A program made the position numbers and the translations under genes. Positions 63,569 to 64,000 of a DNA stretch of 64,000 bases are shown in pieces. The first letter of the stretch is position 1. Every line of letters starts with the position of its first letter. The notes under the pieces were generated by a model. The model was not told the DNA's origin and did no database searches. It was given only the letters and a program-made list of their open reading frames with translations. The DNA lies in IMG/VR virus record IMGVR_UViG_3300045988_166693, positions 51,420-115,419 of that record; one strand, given 5' to 3'. Source of the DNA: a virus.

Positions 63569-63637
63569 CTACAGTTGGAAAGATATGTATCTTTCTTTTT
63601 CCGGGCCGGCGTTCCTGTAACGTCGGCCTTTTTTTTT
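63569..63637 (+). ncRNA. candidate 70-nt small RNA
   Basis: It lies between the promoter above and the terminator GGCCGGCG-TTCCTGTAA-CGTCGGCC plus T9 (63604..63637). It has an internal hairpin GAAAGATA-TG-TATCTTTC and no ORF. Confidence 0.35.
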
Positions 63638-63834
63638 AGGTAAGATCTATTTGCCGGGCTTTGGGAAGCCCCGGCGGCTTCTGTGATCTTTATTTCTTGA
63701 TCACGTTACAAAGGTAGTACTATTTTCTGTATGTGCAAACGTATGGTACTATTTTCTGTATTTATTTAACTGTTATTTACAATATATACTATTTTTGAAA
63801 GGTTTATTTACACTATTGCCTATTTTATCGTCTC

Positions 63835-64000
63835 ACCAGCGGGCACACCAGCGCACACCAGCGGGCACACCAGCGCACACCAGCGGGCACCAGCGCACAC
63901 ACCAGCGGGCACACCAGCGGGCACCAGCGCACACACCAGCGGGCACACCAGCGGGCACACCAGCGCACACCAGCGGGCACCAGCGCACACACCAGCGGGC
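63835..64000. repeat. tandem array of alternating 10/12-nt units, continuing past the window edge
   Basis: CAGCGGGCAC(AC) and CAGCGCACAC(AC) alternate about 15 times. The unit lengths are not multiples of 3. Confidence 0.8.

Noticed and set aside
63835-64000. Tandem array as a CRISPR locus
   Set aside because: The units are 10-12 nt and directly abutting, with no unique spacers, so this is not CRISPR architecture.

Overview
This 64-kb window is a tailed-phage-like element of Bacteroidota type, judged from TAnnTTTG promoter boxes, a lipobox lipoprotein and family content recalled from memory. There is no rRNA and no CRISPR array.

- **1-17 kb, minus strand:** lysis genes (edge-truncated amidase, holin-like proteins), a complete diversity-generating retroelement (DGR), and a tail-fibre module. 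The DGR runs fibre-like target with VR, then avd, TR and RT. All 18 TR/VR mismatches fall on TR adenines. The fibre module includes a 1537-aa fibre with a self-cleaving chaperone domain.
- **17.1-28.9 kb, plus strand:** about 27 tightly packed low-GC small genes (ASCH-like, YopX, radical SAM), interrupted by an IS607-type tnpA/tnpB element.
- **29-38 kb:** structural-looking genes with late promoters, interleaved with plasmid-style functions. These are ParA with a small partner, a 660-bp repeat field, a lipoprotein, an iteron origin, and XRE plus Rep. This suggests a phage-plasmid lifestyle.
- **38-44 kb:** a low-GC island holding an IS66-family element (8-bp target-site duplication, passenger module) and a C5 cytosine methyltransferase.
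- **44-53 kb:** replication and nucleotide genes (SSB, DnaQ-like exonuclease, DUF1599-like, DUF4406-like) and a tRNA-like element.
- **53-63 kb:** about 20 small early-type genes (ArdA and others), each with a hairpin plus a conserved leader cassette.
- **62-64 kb:** GC-rich noncoding DNA, an sRNA-like unit, and a 10/12-nt tandem array that runs off the window.

The ORF track uses non-ATG starts, so several N-termini were trimmed to ATGs that fit the promoter or leader context. All family calls come from reading the sequence and from memory; no searches were run.
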